From NCBI GenBank assembly GCA_965199495.1, contig CBDASK010000003.1:3552001-3616000 (forward strand): a stretch of 64,000 bases of DNA. The letters run 5' to 3'. Source of the stretch: Abditibacterium sp. (GTDB taxonomy: Bacteria; Armatimonadota; Abditibacteriia; Abditibacteriales; Abditibacteriaceae). Each line of letters begins with the position of its first letter. The stretch's first letter is position 1. Both the position numbers and the translations under genes were made by a program. The notes under the pieces were generated by a model that saw nothing but the letters and a program-made list of their open reading frames with translations, ran no database searches and was not told the DNA's origin. Below are positions 20,186 through 30,600 of the stretch, piece by piece.

Positions 20186-20330
20186 CCGAAGCCGCAAGCG
20201 CGCGATTGGCGCGTCACCAAAGGAGTGAGTCGTCGCGCCAGTTCGAGGCGTGGTGTCACCAAATGGGCATGAGCCAATCGAACGCGACGCCAAAGTAGCG
20301 GGTTCGATGGATCGAGCGGACTAAAACGCA
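20186..20330 (+). pseudogene. Third decayed copy of the antitoxin gene
   Basis: CGAAGCCGCAAGCGCGCGATT...CCAAATGGGCATGAGCCAATCGAACGCGACG matches 17881-17985 and 18562-18670. Confidence 0.65.
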
Positions 20331-20339
20331 GGACGCAGC

Positions 20340-21980
20340 TTAACTGTCTGGCGGCGCGTTCATCGTGGCGGTTTGCACGCCGCGACGGTCGTTTTCGACG
20401 GCGAACGAGGCCAGCGTATAAATCGGTGCGTCGGGTTGCGCGACGGTCGTCACCATGCGCAAATCGGATAGCCATTTTTGATGATCGACGGTGCAGCGAA
20501 TGTAGCCACGGCGGTCGCCATCGAAAAATTTGATGTGCGGATTAAACGGCACAGCCGGGCCGTAATGCGCGCCGTAATCGTTGTGCGGGCCGCCGCTCGT
20601 CACCGAAGTGCAGAGAAACTCCGACGCGACCGTGGGCGATTTTGGATCGGAGAAATCCAGGTTCAAATCGTTGACGAACGTCGAATGCCAGTCGCCGGTA
20701 ATCACGATGGGATTGCGGATTTTACGGCTGTGCAGATGGCTCAAAATGCGGTTGCGCGCCGCCGGATAACCGTCCCACGCGTCTTGCCAGAACTTGGTTT
20801 CGTGGCCGCCGCTCAAGTCGAATTGCGCCATCAAAACCTGCTGCGCGATGACGTTCCAGCGCGCCTTCGATTGGTCTAAACCGGCCAACAACCAACGCTC
20901 TTGCTGCGGCCCAGCCATGGTGACGCGCGGATCGAGAGAGGCCGCGCAACGCGCGACTTCGCCGTGTCCGCACGGCGGCTGGCTGCGATATTGACGATTA
21001 TCCAAAACGCTCATTTCGGCCAAATCGCCCCAACTCAAACGCCGATACATCTGCGCATACGGCCCGCGCGGCAGCGAAGTCTTGCGCAACGGCAAATGCT
21101 CGTAAAACGCCTGATACGCCGCCGCGCGCCGCGCGAACAATCGCTCGGCTTCATACGCTTGCGAATTTGGATCGGTGTAGGGCGGGCCGCCCGCGTAATC
21201 GTCGGTGACATCGTGGTCGTCCCATGTCATAATCCACGGAAAACGCGCGTGCGCCGCCTGCAAATCGGGGTCGAGTTTGTAAAGCGCGTGCTGCAAACGA
21301 TATCGATCCAATGTCACCGTCGGCTCGCGAAATTCGGAAGGCAATTCGACGCCACGCACGCCGCCTTTGGCGTCAATGCCATATTCGTAGGTGTAATCGC
21401 CCAGAAAAACCACGAAATCCAAATCTTCGCGCGCCATGTTGCGGTAAGCCGAATAAAACCCGTCGCGCCAATCCTGACACGAAGCCATCGCGAAAACCAA
21501 TTTATCAACCGGCGCGCCCGGCGCCGGAGCGGTGCGCGTGCGGCCAATCGGGCTGGCGTATTTGCCCAAAATGAAGCGATAAAAATAGGTGCGCGCGGGC
21601 TGCAAATTTTCGACTTCGACGTGAACCGAATGCGCCAACTGTGCGCTGGCCAAAGCCGTCCCGCGTTGCACGACGTGGCCAAACGTTTCGTCGTCGGCGA
21701 TTTCCCATTGAACCGGCACTTCTTGGTTGGGCGCCATGCCGCCGTTTGGCTCAAACGGTTTGGGCGCGAGGCGCGTCCACAAAACCACGCCTGTCGGCAA
21801 CGGATCGCCCGATGCGACGCCGAGCGTAAACGGATTTTCATTCGGCAAATCGGCAGCGCGCGCATTTTCGCCGCCGACGTGGCTCCATGCGGCCAGCGCC
21901 AGCATCGAGCCGGAAAGTTGCAAAAAATGGCGGCGATTCAAGTGCGCCGTGGCTGCGGTTTCGAGGGACGATTTGCTCAT
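20340..21980 (-). CDS. phoD: PhoD-family alkaline phosphatase, Tat-exported
   Basis: NRRHFL Tat signal, GVASGDP, LGDYTYE, WDDHD, DAWDGY, TGDWH. Confidence 0.92.
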   Translation of the reverse strand: MSKSSLETAATAHLNRRHFLQLSGSMLALAAWSHVGGENARAADLPNENPFTLGVASGDPLPTGVVLWTRLAPKPFEPNGGMAPNQEVPVQWEIADDETFGHVVQRGTALASAQLAHSVHVEVENLQPARTYFYRFILGKYASPIGRTRTAPAPGAPVDKLVFAMASCQDWRDGFYSAYRNMAREDLDFVVFLGDYTYEYGIDAKGGVRGVELPSEFREPTVTLDRYRLQHALYKLDPDLQAAHARFPWIMTWDDHDVTDDYAGGPPYTDPNSQAYEAERLFARRAAAYQAFYEHLPLRKTSLPRGPYAQMYRRLSWGDLAEMSVLDNRQYRSQPPCGHGEVARCAASLDPRVTMAGPQQERWLLAGLDQSKARWNVIAQQVLMAQFDLSGGHETKFWQDAWDGYPAARNRILSHLHSRKIRNPIVITGDWHSTFVNDLNLDFSDPKSPTVASEFLCTSVTSGGPHNDYGAHYGPAVPFNPHIKFFDGDRRGYIRCTVDHQKWLSDLRMVTTVAQPDAPIYTLASFAVENDRRGVQTATMNAPPDS

Positions 21981-22011
21981 GTTAATGAAGTGTTTGGCAA
22001 AAATTCCGAGT

Positions 22012-23025
22012 TCAGCGCGCCGCTTTTTCGCGCGGTTTGACCAACAGATACGCCGCCAGCGCCAAAGCCGTCAGCGCGGCGAATGCCATTTTAAAATTGG
22101 GCGAAATATCGGCGGGCGTGATAAAACCCTCGATGAGTCCGGCGATGACCAGCAAAGCTGCCACGCCCGCCATGAGTTGCGCGGCTTCGCCTCCGGCGAG
22201 TTTGAGCGCGTCGCGGCGCGGCAAATCGCCGGGCGCGAAAATCGCGCGCGCGATGACGAATCCCGCGCCGCCCGCGATGGCAATCGCCGAAAGTTCGATG
22301 ATGCCATGCGGCAAAATCACGCTCCAAAACAGGTAATCCACGTTATTATTGGAAGCGACCGCTGCCAAGCTGCCGACCATCAGGCCGTTTTGAATCAATA
22401 CCAAACCGGTTCCCAAGCCCGCCGTGACGCCCAGCGCGACGGCTAACATCGAAACGCGAATGTTGTTGGTCATGATGAACCCCGAAATCGCGGGCGATTC
22501 GACGACGCCTTTATAGGAAGTGTTGCCGCCCCAACCGGTCGTTAATTTCTTTTGCGCGCGCTCTTCGACGGTTTTGACGACCTCGTCGGGCAAAAACAAT
22601 CGCGTATCGGCGGCGTTGCTCCACACGGCGATGTAAGCAGCCACGGCGGGGGCATACATCAAAATCGCGGCGAACATAATGGTGCGCCAGTGACGGCGAA
22701 ACGCGGCGGGAAATCCGAAAAACAGCCAATCAAAAGCGGCTCTGGGCGCCGAATTCGCGGCGGGCGCGGCATAAATCTGGGCGTGCGCGCGCCGCACCAG
22801 AGCGTTGAGTGTGCGCACCAATTCCTGTCCGGCCAAAGTCGAATTGTAGCGCGTCTGGGCGCGCGCCAAATCCGCCGAGGTGCGGCGATAGAGCGTGCCC
22901 ATTTCGTGCAGCTCGTCGTTGGAGAGCGCGTTTTGGCGCGCGCTCTGGGCGCGATCTACCAAATCTTCGAGGCGCTCCCACGCGTCGCGGCGAGAGCGCA
23001 CAAATTGTTCAGGCGTGCGGGGCAT
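22012..23025 (-). CDS. SpoIIM/DUF95 family membrane protein
   Basis: LYRRTSADLA, IMTNNIRV, ILPHGIIEL, AGLIEGFITP. Confidence 0.88.
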   Translation of the reverse strand: MPRTPEQFVRSRRDAWERLEDLVDRAQSARQNALSNDELHEMGTLYRRTSADLARAQTRYNSTLAGQELVRTLNALVRRAHAQIYAAPAANSAPRAAFDWLFFGFPAAFRRHWRTIMFAAILMYAPAVAAYIAVWSNAADTRLFLPDEVVKTVEERAQKKLTTGWGGNTSYKGVVESPAISGFIMTNNIRVSMLAVALGVTAGLGTGLVLIQNGLMVGSLAAVASNNNVDYLFWSVILPHGIIELSAIAIAGGAGFVIARAIFAPGDLPRRDALKLAGGEAAQLMAGVAALLVIAGLIEGFITPADISPNFKMAFAALTALALAAYLLVKPREKAAR

Positions 23026-23165
23026 TGGGAAAATTGTAGGCGAAAAAGGTTAAGATTGCGCCCGTTTTTTTTGCTCTCAGGCAGTTCTTAATTGACGGAT
23101 GGCGCAATTGAGATTAGCCTTTATGCGTCCTCGCCAAGTTTACCTTTGAACGGTGGGCGCGTTTT

Positions 23166-23831
23166 ATGGAATTTTTTCACGATTTGCACAGCCCCGACGG
23201 TTTGCAAAAACTCATTGCGGCGGGCGGCCCGTTGCTGCTGTGCGCCATTATCTTCGCCGAAACCGGTTTGCTCGTCGGTTTCTTTTTGCCGGGTGATTCG
23301 CTTTTGTTCATCGCCGGATTTTACGTCGCCAGCACGGGCACGATCTCTATGCCGCTATTAATGGTTATGCTGAGCGCCGCCGCCGTTATCGGCGATACGG
23401 TCGGCTATTTTATCGGGCGCAAAGCCGGGCCAGCGATCTTTTCGCGGCCCGATAGCCGGTTTTTCAAGCGTAAACATCTGGACAGCGCGCACGAATTTTA
23501 CGAAAAACACGGCCCCAAAACCATCGTTTTGGCGCGTTTCGTTCCCATCGTGCGCACCTTTGCGCCCACCGTGGCTGGTGCGGCTGGCATGAATTATCGC
23601 CAGTTCATCGTCTATAATATCATGGGCGGCATCGGCTGGATTTGCTCGATGCTGTTGCTCGGATACTTTCTGGGCGGCATTCCGATTATCCAGAAAAATC
23701 TGGAGAAAGCCGTGATTGGCATTGTGATCCTCTCGATTTTACCGATGATTTTGCACGCGATTAAAGAACGCAAAAGCAAGCCCACAACAGTTGCAACGGA
23801 ACGCGAGTCGAAAGTGACGTTGGGAAAATAG
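23166..23831 (+). CDS. DedA/VTT family membrane protein
   Basis: FAETGLLVGFFLPGDSLLF, ARFVPIVRTFAP. Confidence 0.92.
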   Translation: MEFFHDLHSPDGLQKLIAAGGPLLLCAIIFAETGLLVGFFLPGDSLLFIAGFYVASTGTISMPLLMVMLSAAAVIGDTVGYFIGRKAGPAIFSRPDSRFFKRKHLDSAHEFYEKHGPKTIVLARFVPIVRTFAPTVAGAAGMNYRQFIVYNIMGGIGWICSMLLLGYFLGGIPIIQKNLEKAVIGIVILSILPMILHAIKERKSKPTTVATERESKVTLGK

Positions 23832-23832
23832 C

Positions 23833-23861
23833 TTGACGTGGCGTGCGGTTTGTTTTATAAT
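23833..23861 (+). promoter_or_regulatory. Near-consensus sigma70 promoter
   Basis: TTGACG-N17-TATAAT. Confidence 0.8.
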
Positions 23862-23940
23862 TACTTGGCCCGGACGGAGACAGATTTCAATTTAACCCAT
23901 CGATGACAATTCAAGCGACAACTAAAAAAGGAGCCTCAAT

Positions 23941-24039
23941 TTGAGTTCAGACAAGAAAAAGCACAAGCGCAAAGTGAAAACTCACTGGATGAAAAAGCGC
24001 CGTCGCGCTCAGCGAGCTTTGCGCCGTCGTGGCCGCTAA
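23941..24039 (+). CDS. 32-aa basic peptide, putative 30S ribosomal protein bS22 (AURKAIP1/COX24-like)
   Basis: MSSDKKKHKRKVKTHWMKKRRRAQRALRRRGR; AAGGAG SD, TTG start, own promoter and terminator. Confidence 0.7.
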   Translation: MSSDKKKHKRKVKTHWMKKRRRAQRALRRRGR

Positions 24040-24133
24040 GCCTTTTTAGCACCAAACTCGCGTAAACCACTTTTTAGGCGCGAGTCGAGATTTCATCCGG
24101 GGCCACAGCTTGCAAATCAACAATCATCGGTAA

Positions 24134-24170
24134 AAAAGCGGCGCATCCATTTTCGGGATGCGCCGCTTTT
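24134..24170 (+). terminator. Intrinsic terminator
   Basis: AAAAGCGGCGCATCC-N7-GGATGCGCCGCTTTT. Confidence 0.8.
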
Positions 24171-24188
24171 GCTTGACGGCTTTGTTTC

Positions 24189-24267
24189 TCCAACAGAACC
24201 CGGAGCGGAAGCGACGCGGCTTGAATGCTGAATCAGCCGCGTCGCTTCCGCTCCGGGTTCTGTTGGA
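24189..24267. repeat. Palindromic REP-like element
   Basis: 33-bp perfect arms TCCAACAGAACCCGGAGCGGAAGCGACGCGGCT. Confidence 0.75.
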
Positions 24268-24299
24268 AATTTTACGTCTTTACTTCCCCATCGGTTATT

Positions 24300-25028
24300 A
24301 TGTCAACCGCATTAACTTCCGGCACTTTATGGGTTTGCGCCACGCCCATCGGCCATCTCGATGACGTTTCGCCGCGCCTGTTGCAAACGCTGCGCGAAGT
24401 CGCGTGTATTTGCGCCGAAGATACGCGTCACACCGGCAAACTGTTGGCGCGCTTCGAGATCAAGACGCCGCAAACTTCGGTTCACGAGCATACTTCGCCC
24501 GCCAAAATCGCGGTTTTGGTAGAGCGTTTGCAAAACGGCGAAAGCATGGCTTTGGTCACCGATGCGGGCACGCCGGGCGTTTCCGATCCGGGGCCAGTTT
24601 TGGTGCAAGCGGCAGCCACGGCGGGCGTTGTGGTTTCGCCAATTCCAGGCCCGTGCGCGCTCGTGGCGGCTTTGTCGGTATCGGGATTCGACGCGCAACG
24701 CTTCAGTTTTCTGGGTTTCTTACCGCGCAAACCGGGCAAAATTCGCAAAGCGTTCGTCGCGGCATTCGAGCGCGACGAGACGTTTATCTTCTACGAATCG
24801 CCGTTTCGCATCGCCAAAACGTTAGAGTTTTTGGGCGAAGTCGCGCCTGATGTGCGCGTGTGCGCGTGCCGCGAAATCACCAAGCATTTCGAGGAAACTC
24901 TGCGCGGAACGCCGCTTAAAATCGCCGCAAATTTGCGCGCGCGCAAAGAGGTCAAGGGCGAATTCGCTGTTGTTGTGCAAGCGAGTGAAAGCGTCGCGGT
25001 AAATGACGAAAACGCCGACGATGAATAA
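24300..25028 (+). CDS. rsmI: 16S rRNA (cytidine1402-2'-O)-methyltransferase
   Basis: ATPIGHLDD, AEDTRHT, DAGTPGVSDPG, FYESPFR, REITK. Confidence 0.93.
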   Translation: MSTALTSGTLWVCATPIGHLDDVSPRLLQTLREVACICAEDTRHTGKLLARFEIKTPQTSVHEHTSPAKIAVLVERLQNGESMALVTDAGTPGVSDPGPVLVQAAATAGVVVSPIPGPCALVAALSVSGFDAQRFSFLGFLPRKPGKIRKAFVAAFERDETFIFYESPFRIAKTLEFLGEVAPDVRVCACREITKHFEETLRGTPLKIAANLRARKEVKGEFAVVVQASESVAVNDENADDE

Positions 25029-25060
25029 AGATCGTCGGCGTTTGCATTTCCAGTTCACGC

Positions 25061-25609
25061 TCACACTTTGCCTTTGACGCCCTGCCATTTTGCATACGCT
25101 TCTTGCATCGTCGAAACCAATTGTGGCGCATCCATGTAACCGGTTGTCGAAGCGACTGGTTTGCCGTTGCTCTGCGCGAACAACAGCGTCGGATAACCAG
25201 TGATGCCATACGCCTGCATCACGTCAGGACGTTTTTCGCCATTGACTTTCACCGTTATCCAGTTTTGACTCTGCTCGATGACGTTGCTATCGGGATAAGT
25301 GCGCGCTTCCATGTCTTTGCAGGGGCCGCACCAATCGGCGTAAAAATCGATCAAAATCGGCTTGCCTTCGGTGCGCGCGCGCTGCATCGCGCCCTCGAAC
25401 GTGTCTTGCCATTGGATTTCTTTGGGCACAACTACCGCTTGGGTTCCCACGGACGCCGTGCCCGTGGCTGATGCGTCCGCGTGCGAGGCAGGAGCGTGAC
25501 CGGTCAAATCAACCAGTTGAGGCGCTTCGCCCGACCAAGAAGCGATGGCGACGGCGCCAACCAAAACCCACACAAATATCGAACCGACAATCCAGGGACG
25601 TTTTTTCAT
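25061..25609 (-). CDS. Membrane-anchored thioredoxin-family protein
   Basis: N-terminal TM, FYADWCGPCK, GYPT. Confidence 0.85.
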   Translation of the reverse strand: MKKRPWIVGSIFVWVLVGAVAIASWSGEAPQLVDLTGHAPASHADASATGTASVGTQAVVVPKEIQWQDTFEGAMQRARTEGKPILIDFYADWCGPCKDMEARTYPDSNVIEQSQNWITVKVNGEKRPDVMQAYGITGYPTLLFAQSNGKPVASTTGYMDAPQLVSTMQEAYAKWQGVKGKV

Positions 25610-25669
25610 GATGCTTTTCCAACGAAGAAACCCCCGTTTTGTTCCGGCAGTTCCCGCGTCATTGTTCAA

Positions 25670-26155
25670 TTAACGATTCTGCGCCCACTCTTCAACCCAC
25701 GTCAAAACTTCGTCGGCGTGTTCCGAAGGCACGACCTTATCCCACAATTGCACGACTTTGCCACCCTCGACAAACATCGTGATGCGCGAAACTTTGGTGA
25801 CGGGCTTGCCATACATTTTGGAATCGTAAATCAAGCCCCAACTATTAAGCGTGGAATGTCTTTCGTCGGCGATGAGCGAGTAGGGCAATTCCGACTTCTT
25901 GATGAACTTCTCGTGCGACTTGATGCTGTCGCGCGACAATCCATAAATTTCGACGCCCAGATCGCGCAGTTCGATGAAGATTTCGCGGAAACCTTCGGCT
26001 TCCATCGTGCAGCCCGGCGTTTGATCTTTGGGATAGACGAACAGAATATAAGGCCGGTCGGCGAGTTTGTCGTTGTTGAGTTGCGTGTGGACGCCGCGAT
26101 AATTGACGGCGGGCAAATCGAATGGCGGCAACGGTTGGTCAATTTTAATTTTCAT
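25670..26155 (-). CDS. bcp: Peroxiredoxin (BCP type)
   Basis: YPKDQTPGCTME, GLSRDS. Confidence 0.85.
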   Translation of the reverse strand: MKIKIDQPLPPFDLPAVNYRGVHTQLNNDKLADRPYILFVYPKDQTPGCTMEAEGFREIFIELRDLGVEIYGLSRDSIKSHEKFIKKSELPYSLIADERHSTLNSWGLIYDSKMYGKPVTKVSRITMFVEGGKVVQLWDKVVPSEHADEVLTWVEEWAQNR

Positions 26156-26179
26156 GAACTCAGAGTTTGGCAAAGAACG

Positions 26180-27532
26180 CTATAAGTGCGCCGCCAACGA
26201 CAGGCCAAAAAACAAAAGCAAGCTCCCGAAAAAAATTAGGGCGAGCCACAATTTCTCTTTCAATTTCTCGTGTCCCGAAAAATGCGTGTGACTGGTGAGC
26301 GCCAAAGCCAAAATCCATAATATCAAACCGCCGACGATGAACGGTTTCCAGCCCGCTTTGGCTGGCCCCAAAAAAGCGCGCAGCAACGCCAACCAACCAT
26401 ACCCCAGCAACACGCACAGCGGCAATAGTATTCCGCATCCCATGTGTTCGACGCGGCAAGCCTCGAACGCGCGAAACAGACTTTGCAGCGCGCGATTCAG
26501 CGCGCCGCCGCGCGGAACCGAGGGCCACGCGCGATACCACAAATTCGCCGCTTGCCCGCGCAATAACATCGGCCAATCGTCCAAATTCAGCGCCGCCGCC
26601 AAATCGCGCGTTGAGGGCGCGAAAGGCTTTAATTCCTCGTGGTGACTTTGCCACCAATTCAGATAGGCTTCGATGGCGACCGGATCGTCCAAGCGCGCGC
26701 AATCCGACAAAAACGTTTGCAACGCGCGCCCCGGCGCGAGCTTAATCAGGCAATTCAGCAACAACAAACGGCCCGCCGATATCTCGTTTTGCGTGGTAAT
26801 CGCTTCTTCAATTAACGGCAAAACTGTGTCGTCGTCGCGTTGCATTAATCTGCTCAACAAAATTCCGGTCGCGTTTCGGTCGCGGCCCCACGGCAACGAT
26901 ATAAGATAGTTCCGCGTCAACTCGCGCGATTCGTCGTCGGTGCGCTGTGCGAGGGCACCAACTGCGACGCCCAAATCTCTGTCGTCGGGACTCCACTGAA
27001 AATGGAACGTCGAAATTGTTTTCTGATGCGTGCTCAATTTCCGCCCGCTTTTTTTCTCCGCCGAAGTCCGTTCGTCTATCCAACTATGCAGCCACGCCGT
27101 CATAGCGGCATCGGGTGAGGCGACGATGCGCTCGAATAATTGCGGCGAACCGTTGAAATATGGGAATCCGAAAGCCTCGGCCAATTGCCGAATTTGCGCG
27201 TCGCTCAGTTCGTCGGAGAGTTCATTGAGACCTTTGAGAATCTCGAACTTGGAAAGCGTTTTTTGAAAGGAAAGTCGCAGAAATTGCTCGAACGGCAAAC
27301 TCCGCAATAAGAACCGCACGATTTGCGCTTGTTGCTCGAACTCCCAGGCGTGCCACCACGGATAATTTGAATAAAAATACTGTTTGTCCGCCTCGCTCAA
27401 CAGTTCGCACAAGCGCTCGGCCTCATTGGTGTGCCACGCCTCTATGATCGCCGCGTGCAAGCGGTCGCCTTCTTCGGCTTCGGCCAGCGAAATACCGTAT
27501 TTCAAGCCAACGCGTTTGCCAAAAAGCTGCAT
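26180..27532 (-). CDS. Hypothetical helical protein with C-terminal TM segments
   Basis: 450-aa ORF with three C-terminal hydrophobic helices. Confidence 0.65.
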   Translation of the reverse strand: MQLFGKRVGLKYGISLAEAEEGDRLHAAIIEAWHTNEAERLCELLSEADKQYFYSNYPWWHAWEFEQQAQIVRFLLRSLPFEQFLRLSFQKTLSKFEILKGLNELSDELSDAQIRQLAEAFGFPYFNGSPQLFERIVASPDAAMTAWLHSWIDERTSAEKKSGRKLSTHQKTISTFHFQWSPDDRDLGVAVGALAQRTDDESRELTRNYLISLPWGRDRNATGILLSRLMQRDDDTVLPLIEEAITTQNEISAGRLLLLNCLIKLAPGRALQTFLSDCARLDDPVAIEAYLNWWQSHHEELKPFAPSTRDLAAALNLDDWPMLLRGQAANLWYRAWPSVPRGGALNRALQSLFRAFEACRVEHMGCGILLPLCVLLGYGWLALLRAFLGPAKAGWKPFIVGGLILWILALALTSHTHFSGHEKLKEKLWLALIFFGSLLLFFGLSLAAHL

Positions 27533-27635
27533 AAGATTCTTCCGTTAGTTTCGGCGAAAAGTCCCAAAGTTGCCGCGAAATTCGGTAAAATCTAATGTGG
27601 CCCCCGCGTTTTCGCGGCGCGCTAAACTCCCTTTT

Positions 27636-30600
27636 ATGTCCAAGTGTCTCTGCGGTTTCTGCCATCTCCACGTTCATTCCGAGTATTCTTTGCTCGACGG
27701 CGCCAATCGAATCAAAGACATGGCCAAGCGCGCCGCCGCGATGGATATGCCCGCGCTCGCCATCACCGATCACGGCGTGATGTATGGCGCGATTGACCAT
27801 TACGAAGCGTGCGTGAAAGAGGGCATTAAACCGATAATCGGGTGCGAAATGTATGTTGCCCCGCGCTCACATAAGAGCAAAGATTCGCAGTTGGACGGGC
27901 AAAAGCAGACGCGCCACTTGACGTTGTGGGCGAAGAACAAGCAGGGCTACGAAAACCTCGTCAAGCTGACGACACGCGCGCATCTGGACGGATTTTACTA
28001 CAAGCCGCGCGTTGACCACGAACTGCTGGCCAAGTATTCCGAGGGCATTATTTGCGGCTCGGCGTGTCTGGGCGGCGAGGTGCCGCAACTGATCATGGCT
28101 AAGAAGTTCGACGAGGCCGTCGAGCGCGCCGAGATGTATCAGGACATTTTCGGCAAGGGCAACTATTTTCTCGAATTGATGGATCACGACCTGACGGGCC
28201 AAGCTGAGGTCAACGACCGCGTGATTGATATTCATCACAAAACCGGCATTCCGTTGATTTGCACCAACGACGCGCATTATCTGGAAAAGAAAGACGAGGA
28301 AATGCACAAAATTTTGGTGGCGATTGGCACCAACTCGCAAATCGATTCGATGGCGCTGCACTATGGGCCAAACTTCTATCTCAAAGATAAAGAAGAGATG
28401 TGGTCGAAATTTAAACATGTTCCCGAAGCCCTCGAAAACACCCTTCGTATCGCCGATATGGTGGACTTGGAGTTGGATTTAAAAACAACACATTTTCCCA
28501 ATTTTGACGTGCCCGATGGACACGATAAAGTTTCTTATTTAAAACAACTGTGCAAAGAACGTTTCGACAAACGTTATCCGGTCGGTCATGCCTATCGCGC
28601 CGAAGCGATTCCGCGCATGGAATACGAGCTGAAAGTTATTATTGACAAAGGTTATCCGGGCTACTTTTTGGTGGTTCAAGACTTTATCAACTGGTCGAAA
28701 GAACGCGGTATTTTGGTCGGCTGTCGCGGAAGTGCGGCGGGTTGTTTGGTTTCTTATGTTTTGGGTATTACGAACCTCGATCCGTTGCCTTACGGATTAT
28801 TGTTTGAGCGATTTTTAAATCCTGAACGCGTCTCAATGCCCGATATTGATGTGGACTTTCCCGATAAACGTCGTGAAGAAGTTATGACGTATGTCACGGA
28901 TAAATACGGCAAAGATAAAGTCGCGCAAATCATCACTTTCGGAACGCTGGCCGCGCGCGCTGCCGTGAAAGATACGGCGCGCGCGACGGGTTTAGATTTG
29001 AAGTTGGCCGATCAGGTTTCCAAGCTGATTCCGGCGATTCCCAGTCAACCGATTACGATTTCCAGAGCCATCGAAGAAGTCAAAGAGTTGGGCGACCTTT
29101 ACGCTAACGATTCGACCGTCAAGCGTTTGCTCGACCGCGCGATGGCCATCGAAGGCATGACGCGCCATTCGTCGCGCCACGCCTGCGGCGTGGTTATTGG
29201 CAACGAACCATTGGATACGCTCGTGCCGCTCGAAGAAAAAGATGGTTTGGTCGTCACGCAGTATCACGCCAAAGCGGTCGAAAAAATCGGTCTGGTCAAG
29301 ATGGACTTTTTGGGCCTGACCAACAACTCGGTGATTGACGATACGCTGGGACTTATCAAGGAGCGTTATAACGAGGACATTGATTTAGAAAACCTCGATT
29401 TGACCGATAAAAAGGTTTACGACATGATGGGGCGCGGCGACGGCATCGCGGTGTTTCAGATGGAAGGCGCCGGAATGCGCAATTTGCTGCGCGAAATGAA
29501 ACCGGAAAACTTGGAACATATCATCGCGCAAATTTCGTTGTATCGGCCCGGCCCGATGGAAGAAATTCCGCGTTACATCAACGGTCGCCACGGCGGGAAA
29601 GTGACGTATCCGCACCCGCGTTTGGAGCCGATTCTCAAGAACACTTACGGGATGTTGTTGTATCAGGAACAGGTGATGCAAGCGGCGCAGGAATTGGCGG
29701 GATTTACCGGCGGCCAAGCCGACGAATTGCGCGGAGCAATGGCTAAAAAGAAGGCCGACATGATGGCTAAATTAAAGCCAATGTTTATTGATGGCTGCGT
29801 GAAAAATAGAATAGATAGAGCTTCGGCCACTGATATTTTTCAGCGCATGGAGGATTTTGCGAAATATGCTTTTAATAAATGTATTTTTGGCAATGTATAT
29901 ATTACTAAAAGTGACGGAAGTAAAATTCGGCTTTCGCGCGCTTACAAAGAACAGCCCGCCGAAATCATTGCGATGTGGCCCGATGGCGAGATTCGCCCGC
30001 ACAAAGTCGCGCGCATCGTGCGAAGCGGCAAAAAAGATTTGCTGGAAATTCGCACCAAAGCCGGGCGCGTCATTCAAGTGACGCCTGAACATCGTTTGCT
30101 CACGACGTTAGGTTACATGGAAGCCGAACGCATGGAAGTCGGGCAGGAGTTGATTACACAACCGATTATTTCGGAGAAGCAGCGTGCGGCTCGGCGCGAG
30201 AATATGCGGCTCGTCAATGCGCATCCCGACCGCCAAAAGTGGGCCGATGAAGCAGCCACGCGCATGACGGCTTATCAGGCGGCGCGTCCGATGGAAGAGA
30301 AAGTCGCGCACATGAAGCGGATGCACGACGAACATCCCGATTTAACCCGCGCGGGCGTGGCTGCGATGCACGAGCGTTTGAAATGGCTGATTGCCAACGA
30401 CGCGGAGTGGAAGCGCAACTGGCTGGAAAAATCGCTGGCCAACGTGCGCGACTGCTACGATTCCGGGCCGGGTTTCGGGCGTTGCTCGATTGCCTCCAAC
30501 GGAATGTGGTGCACATCTAATTGCGAACGCGAAATGTGCGAATGGCTCATCGCGCAAGGTATCGAGTTCGAGATGCACAAAGTGTTGGCGAATGGTCGCA

